Source of the DNA: Candidatus Eiseniibacteriota bacterium
Lineage (GTDB): Bacteria; Eisenbacteria; RBG-16-71-46; CAZAMP01
NCBI GenBank assembly: GCA_965224245.1
Contig: OZ245046.1
Span: 2,752,001-2,816,000 of the forward strand
DNA: 64,000 nt
Direction: 5' to 3'
In this document: piece after piece, positions 58,493 to 64,000 of the stretch
How positions within the stretch are numbered: the first letter of the stretch is position 1
Layout: each line of letters begins with the position of its first letter
The notes under the pieces: generated by a model
Databases searched by the model: none
What the model saw: only the letters and a program-made list of their open reading frames with translations
What the model was told of the DNA's origin: nothing
Translations under genes and position numbers: made by a program

Positions 58493-61264
58493 CTATCGAG
58501 ACAGGAAGACCTTTCGGGTCTCCTCGAGACCGTTCGTCCGGAGCCGGTACATGTACACACCCGCCGGAACGAGGTGGCCGGCGTCCGAACGTCCGTCCCA
58601 CGCGATCGCGTGTCGACCGGCCGTGAGCATACCCTCACTGAGCGTGCGCACCGAGCGTCCGGTCACGTCGTAGACCTCGAGCTCGACGTGAGCGCCGCGG
58701 GCCAGATCGAACGAGATGTGGGTCGTCGTGCGGAACGGGTTGGGGCGCGCGCCGATGAGGTGCGTCACCACCGATGGACCGACGTCGGGCTGATCGCCGG
58801 AGATCGGCGCACCGAGGCGACGATTGGCGTCGTCGCGGAGGTCGCCGAGCACGATGGACGGCGCCGACCTCGGCCGCACGACCTCGAAGCGGAGCGTGGC
58901 CAGATCGCCGGATCCGACGATCGTGCGGCCCCGACCGAGGATCGCGCTGTCGATGACGAGCCCGTCCGGCGCGTCGTCGTGGGCCTGGAACGCACGCGCC
59001 GACTGATCACCCAGGAGCGCTCCCCGACCGACGCCGACGAGCCGCAGCGCGTCGCGATCGTAGTCGAGCACGGCGTGTACGGCCTTCGTGATCGACGTGT
59101 TGCCCTCGAGCACCAGGCGCGCCACCAGCGTGCCGCCGTCGACCGGGTCGACGACCAGGCTCAGGGCCGGCGCGTCGGCTCCGACCGCAGGATCACCGGC
59201 GGTCGGCTGCTCGCGGCTGACCTCGCCGAAGTTGATTCCGAACACGACGAGATCCTCGAAGTTGATCTCGTTGTCGGTCGTGGGCAGGCCGGTCGCCGAG
59301 AAGTCGTCGGTCGGGCCCACGTCGAGGCACGCGATCGGATCGCCGTCGGTGATGGTCTGGAAGTAGTTCGCTCCCAGAAGGCTGATGTCGGCCGTGGAGA
59401 CCGCGTTGTCGCCGTCACACGCGGCCAGGCCGTCCGAGACGTCGCCGAGGTGATAGTTCAGGGTGCCCGTGGTCCCGTTCGACGCCGGCGAGACCTCGCC
59501 GCAGGCCGAGGTCACGAACGCGACGTAGTAGTAGTAGTCGCGGGCGAGCGTCTCGTCGACCTGACCCGACGCCGTGACGCCGGTGAGCGTCCAGCCGTTC
59601 ACGAGCGCATCGGCCGGATCGGTCGGCAGTGCGGGCACGGCGCCTCCGAGGTCGTCGTACTCGGGATAGCTGCCGAAGCCCTTGCGGTAGACCTCGACCG
59701 CGTTGCCCACGCCGGGTTCGGTGAAGGAGATCGTGATGCCCGTGGTGCCGTCGGTGTCGTTGCCGGCGACCACCTGCGTGGCCGCGAGGTCGACGATGGC
59801 GACCGGAGCCGCCACGTCGATCCCGATCTCGAGCACGGGACCGGGATCGCCGGGGATCGGCTGGTTGTCGCAGTCCCGGATCGTCACCGCGTCGACGGTG
59901 AGGGTGCCCACGCCGTCGGTGCCGGTGTCGGTGACGTCGACCGTGAACAGGACCCCGGGATCGGTCGGGCCGCAGTTGCCGCCGAGGATCGTGGCGTCCA
60001 CGGTATAGGAGCCACCGCCCAGATCGGCCACCTGGAACGCGGTGCAGCCGCCGCCGCAGAACCCGGACAGATACGATCCTTCGATGACGCTGCTGGTGCC
60101 GGCGCACAGCGCCAGCTCGGGACTGAGCGTGAACGTGACCGAGTACGCGCGAACGGGGTCTGTGTTCGTGCGCTCGAAGTAGAAGTCGATCGTCTGGCAG
60201 GGCTCGACCTCTGTGATGCAGTCGCCCGTACCCTGTGGCTGCACCTCGTCCACGCCCACGAAGGTCGCGGTGAGGACGAGCTCGGTCGCGCCGTACGTGG
60301 GAACGAGCAGCATGCCGCCCCCGAGGTCGAGGCTCGCCGTGTCCGAGAACGTGCCGGACGCCGACCCGTAGGTCGCGACCGTGAACATGTCACCGTCGGT
60401 CGGGAAGAAGCCGCCGATCAGCGACACGTCGATGGCGCCGTCGAGCGTGGCCGTGCCGCTCACGGCCAGCACGTCGTACTCGCCGGCGAGCGTGCCGCCG
60501 AGCTCGATGGCCAGCGAGCCACCCGAGCCCTGGTCGAAGTCCCCGGTCACGGACAGCGTGCCCGCGCCCGAGCCCGGGCTCACGGTGCCGTCGTTGCCGA
60601 GCGACGCGGTGGTCACCGTGCCCTCGCCCGTGACCTCGCCGTCAGATGTGTTCGTCAGCGTCGGCACGTCGAGGGACGAGCCGGGGCCGAGAACGACGTC
60701 CCCGTTGTTCGTCAGCGCCGACGACAGCGTGAGGGACGCGGTCGGGGTCAGCATGATCGTCGAGCCCGTGTTGGACGTGATCGGCGCGCTGATCGTGCTC
60801 ACTCCCGACACCTCGAGCTGGCCGCTGTTCGCCATGCTGGAGACCGAGATCGTGGATCCGTCCAGCGTGACCAGCGCCAGGTTCGACAGGACGCCGGAAC
60901 CGGTCACGTCTCCGCCGTTGCTGATCGAGAGCACGCCACCCTGATTGAAGACCGACGGCGTGGCCGACGTGATCGTGAGCGAGGTCGCGTCGACGAGCAC
61001 CTGCTGCTGGCCGATCGCCGAGCCGGCGGTCACGCGGATCACCGTCACCGGAGCGTCGACCGTCACGTTGTAGGTTCCACCGACCTGAACGAACGCGATG
61101 TCGGAGGCGCCGGGCACCTGCATCGGGTCCCATTTCGTCGCGTCGGACCAGTTGCCGTTGACCGACGCATCCCAGTTGATCACGATGGCGCTCGCCGACA
61201 GCGGCGCCGCCAGCGTCGCGATCACCGAGACGGCTCCGAGGGTCCTTCGATTGAGTAGGTTCAT
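58493..61264 (-). CDS. Large secreted protein: passenger-like beta-helix, cohesin-like and dockerin-like modules, FlgD-Ig-type CTD
   Basis: AAGGAG RBS, signal peptide, GNWSDATKW, SPGSGAGTLSVTG, YDVLAVSGTATLDG; GDNAVSTADISLLG and TDNEINFEDLVVFG; C-terminal RPNPF..WDGRSDAG..AGVYMYRL. Confidence 0.7.
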   Translation of the reverse strand: MNLLNRRTLGAVSVIATLAAPLSASAIVINWDASVNGNWSDATKWDPMQVPGASDIAFVQVGGTYNVTVDAPVTVIRVTAGSAIGQQQVLVDATSLTITSATPSVFNQGGVLSISNGGDVTGSGVLSNLALVTLDGSTISVSSMANSGQLEVSGVSTISAPITSNTGSTIMLTPTASLTLSSALTNNGDVVLGPGSSLDVPTLTNTSDGEVTGEGTVTTASLGNDGTVSPGSGAGTLSVTGDFDQGSGGSLAIELGGTLAGEYDVLAVSGTATLDGAIDVSLIGGFFPTDGDMFTVATYGSASGTFSDTASLDLGGGMLLVPTYGATELVLTATFVGVDEVQPQGTGDCITEVEPCQTIDFYFERTNTDPVRAYSVTFTLSPELALCAGTSSVIEGSYLSGFCGGGCTAFQVADLGGGSYTVDATILGGNCGPTDPGVLFTVDVTDTGTDGVGTLTVDAVTIRDCDNQPIPGDPGPVLEIGIDVAAPVAIVDLAATQVVAGNDTDGTTGITISFTEPGVGNAVEVYRKGFGSYPEYDDLGGAVPALPTDPADALVNGWTLTGVTASGQVDETLARDYYYYVAFVTSACGEVSPASNGTTGTLNYHLGDVSDGLAACDGDNAVSTADISLLGANYFQTITDGDPIACLDVGPTDDFSATGLPTTDNEINFEDLVVFGINFGEVSREQPTAGDPAVGADAPALSLVVDPVDGGTLVARLVLEGNTSITKAVHAVLDYDRDALRLVGVGRGALLGDQSARAFQAHDDAPDGLVIDSAILGRGRTIVGSGDLATLRFEVVRPRSAPSIVLGDLRDDANRRLGAPISGDQPDVGPSVVTHLIGARPNPFRTTTHISFDLARGAHVELEVYDVTGRSVRTLSEGMLTAGRHAIAWDGRSDAGHLVPAGVYMYRLRTNGLEETRKVFLSR

Positions 61265-61621
61265 GTGATGGGCTCCTTCGATCCCGGCCGATCGTGCCAC
61301 GCGATCGGTCGACGGCGATGCGGACGCCGATCGACGACGTCCACCGTTGAAAAGCGCGCCCCCGACGCGGCTCCGGCGTCGGCGACCTTGCTGTACACGC
61401 AGAGGCGTTTCGTTCTTGCGACGTGTGTGCGAGGCATCACGGTGGATTCCCGGCCGGCGGCTCGGTGGTGGGCACGAACGACCCCAGGCGAGCAGGCTCG
61501 GCCGTCGACCGGCGCACCAGCACCGAATCGGAAGCCGGCTGTTCGCGCGGCGCTCGGGTAGCCCCCCAGGCCCGGCAGAAAAGGCAGCGTCTCCCGCAGC
61601 TCCCCCGACGCAACGATCACT

Positions 61622-61651
61622 AGTGTACCGAGTCGCCGGAAAAACGGTCAA
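61622..61651 (-). promoter_or_regulatory. Putative sigma70 promoter
   Basis: TTGACC-N18-TACACT on the minus strand, about 350 nt upstream of ATG 61264. Confidence 0.5.
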
Positions 61652-61881
61652 ATGTCTCACCTGGCGGGCCGAGGCGTCGCCGGCCGGACGCTTCCGTCGA
61701 CCGCCGATCGAGTCCTCCCGACGCGACAAAACGTAACCATCGCCGCCGCAGACGGTATGGCTGGACAACCCCAAGCCACGCCCCGGGCCAGTCGCAATGC
61801 CGGCAGAGGGGCGGATCTTCATCCTGCGATCGGTTTCAGCCGCTCCGTGGGCGGTGCCCGCTCCCAAAACGAGGTCTTGCC

Positions 61882-62793
61882 ATGCTGCGTGTTCGAAAGC
61901 TCGTGAAGGTCTATCCCGGCCCGGTGACGGCGCTGGAAGGCATCGACCTCGACGTCGAGCCGGGGATGTTCGGACTCCTCGGGCCCAACGGGGCCGGCAA
62001 GTCGACCACGATGCGGATCCTGGCGGGCCTCCTGGAGGCCACGTCGGGCGAGGTCGAGCTCGACGGCCACGACATTCTCACGGATCCCGCGTACGTCCGC
62101 CGGTGCCTCGGATACCTGCCCCAGGATTTTGGCTTCTACCCGAACCTGACCGGCGAGGCCATGCTGGCGTATCTGCTGCGCCTCAAGGGCGTCGTCGCGC
62201 CGTCCGGGTACCGGTCCCTGGTCGGGAGCCTGCTGGAACGCGTCAACCTGAGCCATGCAGCCAGGCGCAAGCTGAAGGGTTACTCGGGAGGCATGCGGCA
62301 GCGCCTGGGGATCGCGCAGGCCATTGCGGGCGACCCCCGGATCATCATCGTGGACGAGCCGACGGCGGGCCTCGACCCCGAGGAGCGCCACCGCTTCTAT
62401 CGACTCCTGGCCGAGCTCGCGACCGATCGCATCGTGCTGTTGTCGACGCACATCGTGGAGGACGTCGCCGTGCTGTGCTCGCGATTCGCCGTGATCTCCG
62501 GCGGGCGCCTGGTGACCACGACCACGCCCACCGAGGCGCGCGACGCGCTGGCGGGAGGCATGTTCGAGGGACACGCCACCGACGAGGAGGTCCTGCAGCT
62601 CGGCCGGCGGTATCGCGTCACGCAGGCGGTGCTGGTCGAGGGACGCAACCGCGTCCGCATTCACGCCCCCGGCGGCGATCCGCCCCACGGCTTCGACCCG
62701 GTCGCACCGTCCCTGGAAGATGCCTACATGGCACTCGTTCGCGGAGCCCAGGACGCGCCGGACGCAACCGTCGAGACCGGGAGCATCCGATGA
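61882..62793 (+). CDS. ABC transporter ATP-binding protein
   Basis: GPNGAGKST, YSGGMRQR, VDEPTAGLDP, STH. Confidence 0.95.
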   Translation: MLRVRKLVKVYPGPVTALEGIDLDVEPGMFGLLGPNGAGKSTTMRILAGLLEATSGEVELDGHDILTDPAYVRRCLGYLPQDFGFYPNLTGEAMLAYLLRLKGVVAPSGYRSLVGSLLERVNLSHAARRKLKGYSGGMRQRLGIAQAIAGDPRIIIVDEPTAGLDPEERHRFYRLLAELATDRIVLLSTHIVEDVAVLCSRFAVISGGRLVTTTTPTEARDALAGGMFEGHATDEEVLQLGRRYRVTQAVLVEGRNRVRIHAPGGDPPHGFDPVAPSLEDAYMALVRGAQDAPDATVETGSIR

Positions 62794-64000
62794 GCCGCGA
62801 GCGGTTCATGACGCTGTTCGCAACCGATCTTCGCCATCACCTGACGCGGCCGCTGGTCTGGGTGCTGGTCGTCATCGTCGCGATCATGAGCTGGGGGCTC
62901 TCGCGTGGCTTCGTCCAGATCAGCTCGGGCGACACCACGATCGGCGGCACACAGGCCTGGATCACCTCCGAGTTCGCGATCGCGTTCATGTTCCCGGTCA
63001 TCACGACGCTGATCTACGCGTTCTTCGTCGCCGTCGGCGCCGGCATGTCCGTGCCCCGGGACCTGGAGGTGGGAATCGGCGAGCTCCAGCACGCCACGCC
63101 GCTGACCGCGCGCGAGTACGTCTGGTCGAAGTTCGGCGCCGTACTGGCGGCGTTCGTGATCGTGCTGATCGTACACCTGTGCATCTTGATGTTCTGTAAT
63201 CACGTCCTGCCGAACCCGGACGCCGACGAGATTCGCGGCGGCTTCCTCCTGGCGGCCTACCTGAGGCCGCTCGTCTTCATGGCGCTGCCCTGTGTGGTGT
63301 TCTTCTGCGGCGTGTCGTTCATGATCGGCGAGACCGCGCGCCGGCCGATCGTGGTGTTCAGCTTTCCGGTGATCGTACTGTCGATCTGTGTGTTCTTTCT
63401 CTTCGAGTGGTCGCCGAGCTGGCTCGATCCATCGGTGAACCGGATCCTCATGTGGATCGAGCCGTCGGGCTTTCGCTGGCTCAACGAGACGTGGTTGAAG
63501 CTCGACCGGGGCGTCGACTTCTACAACACGACCGCCATTCCCTACGATCTACCGTTCCTCCTGAGTCGGCTCGGGTTCGCGGCGATCGCACTGGCCGCGG
63601 TGGTGGGCTCCGAGCGGCACTTCGCCAGGGCGCTTCGAGGCAGCGCGAGCGCCCGGCTGACCGGGCCGCGGATCGCCGAGCCCCCCGCGGCGTCACGCCC
63701 CGTCGGCGCCGGCGCGCCGTCGGTTCGCGACCTGGGCATGACGACCCGTCCCCCGTCGTTCCTGGGAACGGTGGTGACCGTCATGCGCGCGGAGGCCCGG
63801 AACCTCCGGAGCCAGCCCGGCCTGTACATCTTCGTGCCACTGCTGCTCCTGCAGACGATCTCCAACATGACGTTCCAGACCGGCGCCTTCGACACGCCGA
63901 TCCTGCTCACCTCGGGCCTCGCGGCCACGATGGCCATGAACACGCTGTCGTTCTGGGTGTGCGTGCTCATGATGTTCTACATCGTCGAGTCCACGATGCG
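62790..64000 (+). CDS. ABC-2-type permease (partial, runs off window)
   Basis: Manual translation MSRERFMTLFATDLRHHLTRPLVWVL.., TPLTAREYVWSKF, many TM segments; ATGA overlap with the ATPase stop. Confidence 0.85.
   Translation, partial: MSRERFMTLFATDLRHHLTRPLVWVLVVIVAIMSWGLSRGFVQISSGDTTIGGTQAWITSEFAIAFMFPVITTLIYAFFVAVGAGMSVPRDLEVGIGELQHATPLTAREYVWSKFGAVLAAFVIVLIVHLCILMFCNHVLPNPDADEIRGGFLLAAYLRPLVFMALPCVVFFCGVSFMIGETARRPIVVFSFPVIVLSICVFFLFEWSPSWLDPSVNRILMWIEPSGFRWLNETWLKLDRGVDFYNTTAIPYDLPFLLSRLGFAAIALAAVVGSERHFARALRGSASARLTGPRIAEPPAASRPVGAGAPSVRDLGMTTRPPSFLGTVVTVMRAEARNLRSQPGLYIFVPLLLLQTISNMTFQTGAFDTPILLTSGLAATMAMNTLSFWVCVLMMFYIVESTM

Noticed and set aside
61261-61620. 119-aa ORF spanning the leader and overlapping the downstream ATG
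   Set aside because: Its start lies only 1 nt from the putative -10, there is no RBS, and the composition is not protein-like

Overview
A high-GC bacterial chromosomal window, densely coding (about 40 CDS), with no rRNA, tRNA, CRISPR array or transposase recognised. Four secreted proteins carry a FlgD-Ig/'NPF..WDG..G..SG.Y.YRL' C-terminal domain and one has a 'SWGxIKxxYR' tail. This points, by inference only, to an FCB-related candidate lineage such as Ca. Eisenbacteria/Latescibacteria. Main content: (1) an imuA-imuB-dnaE2 mutagenesis cassette with two tandem SOS-box-like operators, back-to-back with a cobalamin riboswitch and a BtuB-like receptor; (2) a translationally coupled PIG-L deacetylase-DUF4266-DUF3570-apbE operon, divergent from a Na+/solute symporter; (3) a GH92 mannosidase, hppD, murB, purU, a DEAD-box helicase and a YpdA-like reductase; (4) a tryptophan/anthranilate catabolic cluster (kynA, an aryl-CoA ligase and an abm-like operon headed by a creatininase-family gene); (5) a cohesin/dockerin-like secreted pair and an ABC exporter. 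The best new leads are an unannotated 31-aa ORF with its own sigma54 promoter, IHF-like site, strong RBS and downstream hairpin (27106-27382), a candidate non-canonical kynurenine formamidase, and the candidate LexA operator. Family assignments come from motif recognition, not database searches, and several start codons are estimates.
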